64,000 bases of DNA from Bacteroidales bacterium (lineage in GTDB: Bacteria > Bacteroidota > Bacteroidia > Bacteroidales > UBA12077), in NCBI GenBank assembly GCA_022360575.1, contig JAKSCO010000351.1:2949-66948 (forward strand). The letters run 5' to 3'. Below, one piece after another: positions 1 to 8,982 of this stretch; position 1 is the stretch's first letter; every line of letters begins with the position of its first letter. A program made the translations under genes and the position numbers. Below the pieces are notes generated by a model. The model was not told where the DNA came from. It was given only the letters and a program-made list of their open reading frames with translations, and ran no database searches.

Positions 1-169
1 GTATTTGTTTTAACTCAGAAACACTTGTTGGATTAAATTTTAAATATGAAAGATAAGCTTTATACACAGGATTGTGTTTTGCCTGATAGTTAAATATTTT
101 AATTGCAATATCGTTAAATTGATATCGATCTTGAATTGCAAAGATATTATCTATATTGAGATTACACAT
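1..169 (-). CDS. LuxE-like acyl-protein synthetase / acyltransferase family protein, N-terminal fragment (runs off left edge)
   Basis: Not in ORF track (short, edge-truncated). The minus-strand ATG at 169 opens MCNLNIDNIFAIQDRYQFNDIAIKIFNYQAKHNPVYKAYLSYLKFNPTSVSELKQI with no stop before position 1. The pattern IF.I...F...A...F.YQ...N.VY..Y resembles, from memory, N-termini of Bacteroidota LuxE-type acyltransferases. Confidence 0.4.
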   Translation of the reverse strand, partial: MCNLNIDNIFAIQDRYQFNDIAIKIFNYQAKHNPVYKAYLSYLKFNPTSVSELKQI

Positions 170-285
170 ATATTCCAAATTTTGGCCGAAATTTAGCGAA
201 AATCTTTTATACACCAAATTGTATCCTATTATACAAAAGAGGAATAAATATGTTTATTTAAAAGGGGTTAATGTTTTTATGGAAT

Positions 286-633
286 TTATAGGATATAGAA
301 ACAATGATCTTTCATCCATTCCTTTTCATTTATTTGTTTTTCGTTATGAGATTTTGAGATATCAATAGAAAGGTTGTACATCCATTGAGATATAGTTTCA
401 TTCTGAGATTTATTTGATTTCTTTTCTTCTATTTCAATTTCTTTTACTTTTTGAGAAGACTCTATTTCCAATACCTTTTCTGATACTTTTTTATTTTCAG
501 AAGAACTAATTACAAATCCTTGTTTTTCCTGCATTGGAGTTTGATTAATTGCTTTAGAAGAAAATGTAATAGCTAACAAAACCATTAATGCACAATAAAA
601 TTTAAGTGTTTTTTCTATTTTTAGATTCATCAT
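286..633 (-). CDS. hypothetical secreted protein (signal peptide, Lys/Glu/Ser-rich)
   Basis: ORF track 115 aa. The N-terminus MMNLKIEKTLKFYCALMVLLAITFSSKA looks like a signal peptide and the rest is low-complexity. No recognisable domain. Confidence 0.4.
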   Translation of the reverse strand: MMNLKIEKTLKFYCALMVLLAITFSSKAINQTPMQEKQGFVISSSENKKVSEKVLEIESSQKVKEIEIEEKKSNKSQNETISQWMYNLSIDISKSHNEKQINEKEWMKDHCFYIL

Positions 634-880
634 AAATTATTTTATAGGTTCGTTTAGATGCCATATGCAATTATTGCACCAAAGTATCAAACTTTTGTAT
701 TAATCCTCCGATTACTATTCTGTTTATAACAACTTTTAAATTATCTGATAAACTCAAAACTTAACACAAACCTTCATTATTCTATTTTCGATTATATCAT
801 AACTAAACATAAATAATATTATTATAAAATATCAAAAGAAAGTTTTCACCATACGCTCGTATTTGCAAAAATGTCAAGAA

Positions 881-901
881 AACGAACACTTAGTGTTCGT
901 T
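881..901 (-). terminator. hairpin downstream of cysS (first of two tandem hairpins; the second is at 903-926)
   Basis: AACGAACAC-TTA-GTGTTCGTT is a perfect 9-bp stem. It is T-rich on both sides, with TTTTCTT following on the minus strand. The adjacent TTGTACAGG/CCTGTACAA hairpin lacks a downstream T-run. Confidence 0.5.
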
Positions 902-948
902 TTTGTACAGGTAAAAACCTGTACAAAAATTATCTTAGGAATATATTT

Positions 949-2418
949 TTACATTTCCCACTCAAACCCATCTTTGGTATCTTTAATCTTAATTCCTTTT
1001 TGAGTTAGGATATCTCTTATTTTATCAGATGTAACAAAGTCTTTATTCTTTTTAGCCTCTAAACGAAGATTTAGGATTGTGTCAATCAATTCGCCTGTTA
1101 AATCTGAATTTCCAGAATCTGAAGTATTTTCGTTTTTAAAACCTAATACATCAAAAACAAATGTTTTGTAAATAAACTTTAATTCATCTAAATCATTCTG
1201 GTTTATTTTTTCTGCACCATCGTTGATTGAATTTATAATACGGACAGCTTCGAATAAATGCGAAATAAGAATTGGGCTATTAAAATCATCATTCATTGCA
1301 GCATAGCAATTTTCTTTTAGCTCAGAGATACTAACTGACGAACTTGTAGTTGCATTAAGTTTCTTAAGGGTTTCGCCTGCTTTCATCAATTTAAGAAAAC
1401 CTTTTTCGGCAGCTTGCAATGCTTGATTTGAAAAGTCTAAGGTACTGCGATAGTGTGATTGAGCCATAAAGAAACGAACGACCATAGGAGAATAACCTCT
1501 TTCTAACAAAGGATGGTCTCCGGTAAATAACTCGCCCGGCAAGAATCCATTGCCTGCACTTTTTGACATTCTAGCTCCGTTTACAGTAAGCATATTCGTG
1601 TGCATCCAATATTTAACTGGCACAGTATGGTTGCACGCTTGAGATTGAGCAATTTCGTTTGTATGGTGGGTTGCTTGTAGGTCCATTCCACCACCATGAA
1701 TATCAAATGTTTCTCCTAGATATTTTGTACTCATAGCCGAACATTCGATATGCCATCCAGGGAATCCCCAACCCCAAGGCGAAGGCCATTTCATTAATGT
1801 TTCAGGTTTTGCTTTTATCCAAAGAGCAAAATCGAGACGACCTTTTTTCTCATCTTGTCCTCCTAATTCGCGAGTTCCTTCTAATAAATCCTCGAGTTTT
1901 CGATTGGTTAATTTGCCATAATCAAATTCTTTGCTATACTTTTCTACATCAAAGTAAACCGTTCCATCTTTTTCGTATGCATAACCATTTGTTATAATAT
2001 CCTTTATCATTTCGATTTGTTCAGCAATATGACCTGTTGCTGTAGGTTCGATACTAGGAGATAAAGTATTAAATGTTCGCATTACATCGTGAAAACCCAG
2101 AGTATACTTTTGAACAACCTCCATAGGTTCTAATTGTTCTAATTTTGCTTTTTTTGCAAATTTATCATCACCTTCGTCCCGATCTCCCTCTAAATGTCCA
2201 GCATCTGTAATATTTCGAACATAACGAACATTATAGCCTAAATGAGAAAGATATCTGAAAATTAAATCAAAAGAAATAAATGTTCTACAATTTCCTAAAT
2301 GTACATCGCTATACACAGTAGGACCACAAACATACATCCCAACAAAAGGAGGATTTATGGGTTCAAAAAGTTCTTTCTTTCGAGTTATTGTATTATAAAT
2401 TTGCAAATCTTTATTCAT
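949..2418 (-). CDS. cysS: cysteine--tRNA ligase
   Basis: 489 aa. Class I HIGH-type motif (VHLGNCRT) and KMSKS-type motif (RMSKSAGN). Overall CysRS-like sequence including the WPSPWGWGFPGWHIECS zinc/cysteine pocket. Confidence 0.97.
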   Translation of the reverse strand: MNKDLQIYNTITRKKELFEPINPPFVGMYVCGPTVYSDVHLGNCRTFISFDLIFRYLSHLGYNVRYVRNITDAGHLEGDRDEGDDKFAKKAKLEQLEPMEVVQKYTLGFHDVMRTFNTLSPSIEPTATGHIAEQIEMIKDIITNGYAYEKDGTVYFDVEKYSKEFDYGKLTNRKLEDLLEGTRELGGQDEKKGRLDFALWIKAKPETLMKWPSPWGWGFPGWHIECSAMSTKYLGETFDIHGGGMDLQATHHTNEIAQSQACNHTVPVKYWMHTNMLTVNGARMSKSAGNGFLPGELFTGDHPLLERGYSPMVVRFFMAQSHYRSTLDFSNQALQAAEKGFLKLMKAGETLKKLNATTSSSVSISELKENCYAAMNDDFNSPILISHLFEAVRIINSINDGAEKINQNDLDELKFIYKTFVFDVLGFKNENTSDSGNSDLTGELIDTILNLRLEAKKNKDFVTSDKIRDILTQKGIKIKDTKDGFEWEM

Positions 2419-2607
2419 CGTATAATTGGTTTTAAAGCAAAATGCAAATCTAATAATATTATATATATCATTAAAGGATACTTATCTTATAATCTTTTAT
2501 CACCAATGAAAATTATAAGGTAGTCTTAAAGAAAGAGCTATTTTTATTGAAAGACACATCGGGTTTATTTTTCAATTGTATATAAAAAATCATTCTCCCT
2601 TAATCTT

Positions 2608-2628
2608 AATACCAAAAGAACATCAAAA
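2608..2628 (+). repeat. dispersed intergenic module M1 (AATACCAAAAGAACATCAAAA), copy a
   Basis: Exact 21-mer shared with 5142-5162. The flanks also align (..AAGTGAT.. versus ..AGTGAGT..). Confidence 0.8.
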
Positions 2629-2716
2629 TAAGTGATAAATTATTGTTTTAAAAACCTATAGTTGATATTGCATTATATATTTTTTAAGTTTACTCTAAAA
2701 CTAAAAATCAGAAGAT

Positions 2717-4381
2717 ATGATCCCTGAGAACTTTATAAAATATATTGAATCTAGTTTAATAGAAAATTGGGATTTAATAGCTCTTACCGATTATAATGGA
2801 AATAGCTATAAATATAAAGATGTTGCTCGTAAAATTGCCCAACTTCATATTATGTTCGAAGAATGTAAAATTAAAAAGGGGAATAAAATTTCTTTAATCG
2901 GCAAAAATTCGGCTAACTGGGCAATGACTTACCTTGCAATTGTTTCGTTTGGAGCAGTCGTTGTTCCTATCCTTCCTGATTTTCATCCCAATGACATTCA
3001 TCATATTATCAATCATTCTGACTCAGTTATCCTATTTGCTGAAAATTCTATTTGGGAAAATTTGGATGAAAAGTGTATCCCTAATTTAAAAGCTATATTT
3101 TCATTAACTAATTTCAATCTGATAATCGAAAATGAAGATGAGAATATTCAAGAAATATATAACAACCTAGATCATTTATATAACGAACTATACCCTCATG
3201 ACTTAAGTCCAGATAATTTTAGAGTAGAAGAGGTTTCGAATGAAGAAGTTGGAGTTTTAAACTACACATCAGGAACTACAGGTTTTTCGAAAGGAGTTGT
3301 TTTGCCTCTAAATAGTTTAGCAGCCAACATTCGTTTTGCTCACAATAATCTACCCTTAAGTCCAGGAGATAATATTGTATCTTTTTTACCTTTAGCACAC
3401 ACATATGGTTGTGCTTTCGAATTTTTATGGCCCTTTACTATTGGATGTCATATTCACTTTTTAACAAGAACACCATCTCCAAAGATTATTATTCAAGCTT
3501 TTAACGAGATAAAGCCTGCAATAATAATTACAGTTCCTTTAATTCTTGAAAAAATATACAAAAAACAGATTTTACCTATCTTAGGTAAAACATCAATGAA
3601 AATATTAATGTCATTACCCATTATTGATAAATCAATTTATAATAAAATTAAGAATAAACTACACGAAGTATTTGGAGGGAAATTTAAGGAGGTAGTTATT
3701 GGAGGAGCTGCTTTAAACCAAGACGTTGAGCGTTTTTTAAAAAAAATTGGGTTTAACTTTACAGTAGGTTACGGAATGACAGAGTGCGGACCTCTAATAA
3801 GTTATTCTAACTGGGATAAGACAAAAATAACATCATCGGGGAAAGCAATAGATACTATTGAAGTAAAAATAGATTCAGCTGATCCATACAATATAGTTGG
3901 AGAAATATTAGTAAGAGGAGAAAATGTAATGTATGGATATTATAAAAATGTAGAAGCAACAGAAAAAGCCATAGATAAGGATGGATGGTTACATACAGGA
4001 GATTTAGGAATAATCGATGCTGAAAATTTTATTTTTATAAGAGGTCGTAATAAGAGTTTAATTCTTGGTCCATCAGGCGAAAATATTTATCCTGAAGAAA
4101 TAGAAGCGAAATTAGATAATATGCTTTACATTCAAGAATCTCTTGTAATTGAAAAAAACAATCAACTAATTGCATTGGTATATCCTGATTTTGATTTGGT
4201 TGATCAGAATAATATCAATGAACCAGAATTAACTGAAATTATGGATGAAAATATGAAAGAGGTAAATATGAATTTAGCTAAATACATGCAACTCTCAAAA
4301 ATAAAAATACATCCTGTTGAATTCGAGAAAACTCCCAAACGAAGTATTAAGCGTTTTTTATATACCTCTACTGAAATTTGA
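2717..4381 (+). CDS. AMP-dependent long-chain acyl-CoA synthetase (FadD-like)
   Basis: 554 aa. AMP-binding signature YTSGTTGFSKGV, a GYGMTE motif and a TGDLG motif typical of the ANL superfamily. Confidence 0.9.
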   Translation: MIPENFIKYIESSLIENWDLIALTDYNGNSYKYKDVARKIAQLHIMFEECKIKKGNKISLIGKNSANWAMTYLAIVSFGAVVVPILPDFHPNDIHHIINHSDSVILFAENSIWENLDEKCIPNLKAIFSLTNFNLIIENEDENIQEIYNNLDHLYNELYPHDLSPDNFRVEEVSNEEVGVLNYTSGTTGFSKGVVLPLNSLAANIRFAHNNLPLSPGDNIVSFLPLAHTYGCAFEFLWPFTIGCHIHFLTRTPSPKIIIQAFNEIKPAIIITVPLILEKIYKKQILPILGKTSMKILMSLPIIDKSIYNKIKNKLHEVFGGKFKEVVIGGAALNQDVERFLKKIGFNFTVGYGMTECGPLISYSNWDKTKITSSGKAIDTIEVKIDSADPYNIVGEILVRGENVMYGYYKNVEATEKAIDKDGWLHTGDLGIIDAENFIFIRGRNKSLILGPSGENIYPEEIEAKLDNMLYIQESLVIEKNNQLIALVYPDFDLVDQNNINEPELTEIMDENMKEVNMNLAKYMQLSKIKIHPVEFEKTPKRSIKRFLYTSTEI

Positions 4382-4388
4382 GTCTTCT

Positions 4389-5009
4389 TTAAAAAACTTC
4401 CTCAGAAATACGCCTTTTATTCTGTTTTATCTCATCAATTCGGGACAAGCCTAGAGATGTTGTTACTGAACGAAGCATATAAAATAACATTTCATTTGGT
4501 GAATTTGGAGTATCAATCATAATTTTATCAAAATAAAACTCTTGGATTGATTTTCTAACTATACGATCAAATTTTCTTATATTAATAGATGGTTCTATAA
4601 AACCGTCCCAAATTCCCTCAATAATTATACTCTCTGCAACATCACCAACGATTAAATCTATGGTATTAATAAAATCTGCATGTAAATCAGGATAGTATTT
4701 TTTAAAATTCCAATAATTCATTGAGTTTACTTCCCCCCAAAGATCTATTAACAAATAATATATATCATATAATCTCTCAAAACTATCAGAATCTAGATTA
4801 GATGTTTTCTTAAATTTAATTTTGAATTGGTTTATTGTTTCTTGAACTAAAGTATTGATTATATCTTTTTTACTTTTAAAATGCAAATACAAAGTTTTTT
4901 TTGATATTCTTAATTCACTTGCAATATCATCCATCGTTACACACTTAATCCCATACAACTGAAACAATTCATCTGTCTTTTTTACAATATCTTTTCTTTG
5001 AGTACCCAT
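4389..5009 (-). CDS. TetR/AcrR family transcriptional regulator
   Basis: 206 aa. N-terminal HTH (YGIKCVTMDDIASELRISKKTLYLHFKSKKDI) typical of the TetR family. Confidence 0.85.
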   Translation of the reverse strand: MGTQRKDIVKKTDELFQLYGIKCVTMDDIASELRISKKTLYLHFKSKKDIINTLVQETINQFKIKFKKTSNLDSDSFERLYDIYYLLIDLWGEVNSMNYWNFKKYYPDLHADFINTIDLIVGDVAESIIIEGIWDGFIEPSINIRKFDRIVRKSIQEFYFDKIMIDTPNSPNEMLFYMLRSVTTSLGLSRIDEIKQNKRRISEEVF

Positions 5010-5141
5010 AATAAATTTTAAATTAATTCTAACACCTTTTTGTAAAGATTCTCTGTTATAAATACTTTAACCACCCTATATCTTAAAGTTTTAAATATTA
5101 AAATTTACACACCTAAAATTAAGTTATCACTTACCTAATAA

Positions 5142-5162
5142 AATACCAAAAGAACATCAAAA
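5142..5162 (+). repeat. dispersed intergenic module M1, copy b
   Basis: Exact AATACCAAAAGAACATCAAAA, followed by the tail AAGTGAGTGGTAAAAATGTTTCTTCTTC (5161-5188). That tail is shared with the minus strand of 44746-44774. Confidence 0.8.
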
Positions 5163-5239
5163 GTGAGTGGTAAAAATGTTTCTTCTTCCCTTAGTCATTG
5201 CCAGAAAAGCTACAAGGTAACTAGGCTATCTTTTGCTTT

Positions 5240-5281
5240 TTCGTCGCGTCTAAGACAAAAATTATTCACTTTTACAAATCC
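5240..5281 (+). repeat. dispersed intergenic module M2, copy a
   Basis: TTCGTCGCGTCTAAGACAAAAATTATTCACTTTTACAAATCC. 36 of 42 positions are identical to the reverse complement of 44711-44752. Confidence 0.8.
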
Positions 5282-5316
5282 CTTATTTTGAAATTCATTT
5301 TAGTATAAGCCTTTAA

Positions 5317-5349
5317 AAAGTAAGTATTCTTTAATTGAATACTTACTTT
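5317..5349 (-). terminator. intrinsic terminator after the RND/PG0541 operon
   Basis: Perfect 13-bp stem AAAGTAAGTATTC / GAATACTTACTTT with a 7-nt loop, 11 nt downstream of the 5360 stop. A T-run overlaps the stem end on the minus strand. Confidence 0.6.
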
Positions 5350-5359
5350 ATTCCTTTTA

Positions 5360-5653
5360 TCATATTGTTTTCTCGATATCCCAAACAAAAGCTCTAATTC
5401 CGACCTCTTCGTTTATAGAATTTAGTTTTCCTATTTTATCAAGAACAATATCTACATCTTCTTCATTAACAATAGTAATTGTCCCCGAATTTACCTCAGG
5501 CCAAGTATGCGTTCCCATATGAGGATTTCCTGAAACAGATCCTTTTCCCATCATCTGAGGCCACTTTGAGAATCCCCTAATTTTTAATTTATCAAGCATA
5601 TACTCTATTTTTTCACTATAAGCCTGATTATATACGATAAATATGGCTTTCAT
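5360..5653 (-). CDS. PG0541-family transporter-associated small protein (P-II-like fold family)
   Basis: 97 aa. The motif GKGSVSGNPHMGTHTWPEVNSGTITIV and the position directly after an RND pump match my recollection of the PG0541 family, which is found behind Bacteroidota RND operons. Confidence 0.7.
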   Translation of the reverse strand: MKAIFIVYNQAYSEKIEYMLDKLKIRGFSKWPQMMGKGSVSGNPHMGTHTWPEVNSGTITIVNEEDVDIVLDKIGKLNSINEEVGIRAFVWDIEKTI

Positions 5654-5780
5654 CTGTTTATAATTTTATTATTTATAATTTGCTACTTTTTTATATTTCT
5701 TTCTTGCAAGGAGTATCTTTCTGTTACTCGCCTACACAAGGCTTTCAATAATTATTCCAAAAAGATTTTGTTTTTATTTT

Positions 5781-5815
5781 TTTCAAAAAAATCCTTCTAC
5801 TACTTTTTAGGATTT
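5781..5815 (-). terminator. terminator-like hairpin between the RND permease and the PG0541-family gene
   Basis: AAATCCT / AGGATTT 7-bp stem (5789-5795 / 5809-5815) with a 13-nt loop. On the minus strand it is followed by TTTTTTG. It lies about 40 nt after the 5857 stop. Confidence 0.4.
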
Positions 5816-5856
5816 ATATACTAACAAGCCTATTTCACCTATCAAAATTCAATAAA

Positions 5857-8800
5857 TTACATCTCCATAAATTTATATTGAGATCTCACTTTCTTCAATT
5901 GTTGTTTACGACTACCTTTTACTGCAAACAATCTATAAACAACTGGAACAAAAATCATTGTTATTATAGTTGAGAAAAACAAACCTCCTATAATTGAAAT
6001 TCCCATAGGTTTCCATACTTCAGAACCATCTCCAGTACTAAGAGCCAAAGGAAGCATTCCAAGAATTGTTGTCATTGCTGTCATCAAAACAGGTCTTAAT
6101 CGAGATTTCCCTGATAATGTAATAGCATCGTCTAAAGAATAACCTCTGTCTCGCATTAGGTTTATATAATCAACTAGCACAATTGCATTTTTTACAACAA
6201 TTCCAATTAACATAATAGCTCCTAATGCTGCAATTATACTTAAAACTGTATTTGTAATATAAAGAGCTATGATGACACCAACAAAAGCAAATGGTATTGA
6301 AAACATTATAATCAAAGGCATTCTCAACGATTCGAATTGAGATGCCATAACAATGTATACCAGTATCAAACTTACAACTAAAAGTAAAGCTAAATCAGCA
6401 AACGACTCTTGTTGATCTTCAAAAGTACCTCCAACTTCAATATCCATTCCTTCTGGGATGTCAATTGATTCTAATTCTTTTTCAATAGTTTTTGCCAATT
6501 TACCCAAAGATATCCCATAAGGTGTTGTTGAAACGGTCACAGTTCTTTCTCTACTCTGTCTTTCAATATTAGGTGGGGACCAATATTCTACAATTTTACC
6601 AATCTCTCCTAATTCAATAAATTGCCCCAATGGATTCTGAATTTCAATTTCTTCTATATCACTAATCGAGTTGCGAGCATCTTCTTCATATCGAACAATA
6701 ATATCATACTCCTCACCTTTCTCTCTAAATTTTGAAGCTGTTAGTCCGACAACTCTATTTCTTAGAGCCATAGAAACCATATATGTATTTAAGCCATTTT
6801 GAGACATTTTATCCTGATCTAAAATCACTCTCAATTCTGGTTTTGATTTCTCTCTACTAATCTTAACATTCTTTGCCCCTGGAATCCCCTGCAATAATTC
6901 TGATACAGTATTAGCCAAAAGGGTTGTTTTGTCGATATCATATCCGTAAATAACTACATCTATATTATTTGTACTTCCTGAACTTGATCCCAAACTAATT
7001 TCAGAACTAATAATCTCAGGAATATTAGCTATTTCCTCTCTAATAACATCTGCTATTTCTTTAAAATTACGCTCACGTTCACTTACATCAGAAAGCATAA
7101 TTGATGATGATATTACATTTGACCCCATCGAACTAACCATTGCCTTAAGCCCTGCCTCTTCATCAGTTCCTGATGTTGTTGTAAATATTTTCACTTCGGG
7201 GACTTTCTGTCGAACCCTAGTTTCTATTTCTCTGGCAACTCTGCTAGTTTCTTCAACTCGAGTTCCCGATTGTAGCTCAACCTCCAACTCCAATACTCCT
7301 TCATCCTGAATTGGTATAAACTCTGTTCCTATACTCTTACAAAGAAATACTGACCCTATTAATAGTAAAGCAGCAATGCTTATTACTAAAGATTTGTTCT
7401 TTAAAGACCATTTTAATGTTTTTTCATAAAATACATCTAATTTATCTAAAATAGGTAATACAATTCTATCCCAACTAAATCTCCTAGGAGTTCTTTTTTC
7501 CGATTTCAATTTCAATAATCTCGAACTCAACATAGGAGTCAAGGTAATTGCTGCAATCGTAGATGTTACAACTGTTATAGTAACAATCCAACCTAAAGGT
7601 TCAAACATAATCCCAGCCATTCCTCCAACCATTGTCATTGGGAAAAATACAGCAACAATAGTCAATGTCGTAACTATTACAGCCAACCAAACCTCATTAG
7701 TAGCATATATTGCCGCCTCGCGAGGAGTAGCTCCTCGTTCAATATGTTGAGTAATATTTTCGAGAACAACAATAGCATCATCAACAACCATCCCAATTGC
7801 AATAGATAAAGCCGATAACGATATTATGTTTATTGTATTTCCTGTTATATGTAAATATATAAACGAAACGATTAAAGCAACAGGAATAGTTAAAACAATA
7901 ATAAAAGTTGCTCGCCATCGCCCCAAGAAAAGCAAAACAACGATAACAACAAATAACATTGCATACATTAGGGTGCTTGTCAAATTACTCAAGGAATTTT
8001 TAATAAATTTACTTGAATCATGTACTTGAATTATTTTTACATCATCAGGAAGTTCTTTTTCTAATTTTTGAATCTTATTTTTTACTTCATCAACAATTTT
8101 CACCGTATTAGCTCCAGATTGTTTCATAATCATCATAGCAACACCTCTAGCTCCATTTATTCTTTGATCAATAGACATTTCTTTTAATGAATCACAAATT
8201 GTAGCAACATCCTTTAAATAAATGCTTCGTCCTTCTTTACTCCCTAATACTATATTCTTGATCTGATCTGAGGTTTCAAATTCTCCCTGAGTTCTCAACT
8301 GATAAGTCAAACGTCCCATATCAACTGTTCCTGAGGGCATATTTAGATTCTCTGCTTGTAATATCTGGCCTAATGATTCAACTGACATGTTATACGCTTT
8401 CAGCTTTATCGGATCAATGCTTACTGATATTTCGCGTTTAGGCAAACCTAAAAAATTTATTGAGCCAATTCCATTTATCCTTTTAAGAGGATTACTTATT
8501 TTATTTTCCAATATCTTTTCTATCCCCTCATAACTATCTGTTGCCGTAAATGCATATATCATCACAGGCATCATACTCATATCAAACTTAAACAAAGTAG
8601 GTTTATCTACTTGATCAGGAAGATCTCTCTCAACTAAAGAAAGTATATCTCTAATATCATTAGAGGCTGCATCTAAATCTGTTCCAAACTCAAATTCTAG
8701 AGTAACTACTGAAAAATTATCACGAGAAACTGATTTTATTTCTTTTAAATCATCAACAGTATTCAATGATTTTTCTAAAACTTCTGTAACATTTGTTTCT

Positions 8801-8976
8801 ATATCTTGAGCACTGGCTCCTCCATAAGTTGAAAAAACAGTAATTACAGGTATGTCTATTTCAGGCATTAGATCAATTGGTAATTTTGTCAAAGAAAAAC
8901 AACCAAAAACAATAATTGCTAAAAAGATCATTGCTGTTGTAATTGGTTTGCGAACAGCATTTCCATATATACTCAT
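5857..8976 (-). CDS. RND efflux transporter permease subunit (AcrB/HAE1-like)
   Basis: 1039 aa with the 12-TM AcrB architecture and two large periplasmic loops. Conserved segments include AIGMVVDDAIVVLENI and VVKNAIVLVDYIN. Confidence 0.95.
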   Translation of the reverse strand: MSIYGNAVRKPITTAMIFLAIIVFGCFSLTKLPIDLMPEIDIPVITVFSTYGGASAQDIETNVTEVLEKSLNTVDDLKEIKSVSRDNFSVVTLEFEFGTDLDAASNDIRDILSLVERDLPDQVDKPTLFKFDMSMMPVMIYAFTATDSYEGIEKILENKISNPLKRINGIGSINFLGLPKREISVSIDPIKLKAYNMSVESLGQILQAENLNMPSGTVDMGRLTYQLRTQGEFETSDQIKNIVLGSKEGRSIYLKDVATICDSLKEMSIDQRINGARGVAMMIMKQSGANTVKIVDEVKNKIQKLEKELPDDVKIIQVHDSSKFIKNSLSNLTSTLMYAMLFVVIVVLLFLGRWRATFIIVLTIPVALIVSFIYLHITGNTINIISLSALSIAIGMVVDDAIVVLENITQHIERGATPREAAIYATNEVWLAVIVTTLTIVAVFFPMTMVGGMAGIMFEPLGWIVTITVVTSTIAAITLTPMLSSRLLKLKSEKRTPRRFSWDRIVLPILDKLDVFYEKTLKWSLKNKSLVISIAALLLIGSVFLCKSIGTEFIPIQDEGVLELEVELQSGTRVEETSRVAREIETRVRQKVPEVKIFTTTSGTDEEAGLKAMVSSMGSNVISSSIMLSDVSERERNFKEIADVIREEIANIPEIISSEISLGSSSGSTNNIDVVIYGYDIDKTTLLANTVSELLQGIPGAKNVKISREKSKPELRVILDQDKMSQNGLNTYMVSMALRNRVVGLTASKFREKGEEYDIIVRYEEDARNSISDIEEIEIQNPLGQFIELGEIGKIVEYWSPPNIERQSRERTVTVSTTPYGISLGKLAKTIEKELESIDIPEGMDIEVGGTFEDQQESFADLALLLVVSLILVYIVMASQFESLRMPLIIMFSIPFAFVGVIIALYITNTVLSIIAALGAIMLIGIVVKNAIVLVDYINLMRDRGYSLDDAITLSGKSRLRPVLMTAMTTILGMLPLALSTGDGSEVWKPMGISIIGGLFFSTIITMIFVPVVYRLFAVKGSRKQQLKKVRSQYKFMEM

Positions 8977-8982
8977 ATCTCT

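Noticed and set aside
156-368. Track ORF of 70 aa on the plus strand
   Set aside because: It overlaps both the start of the edge-truncated LuxE-like gene and the 286-633 ORF on the other strand. It has no recognisable features.
871-1008. 45-aa plus-strand ORF (MSRKRTLSVRF...) running from the cysS terminator hairpins into the cysS 3' end
   Set aside because: It is composed largely of the two hairpin sequences, it overlaps cysS antisense, and it has no ribosome-binding context or motif.
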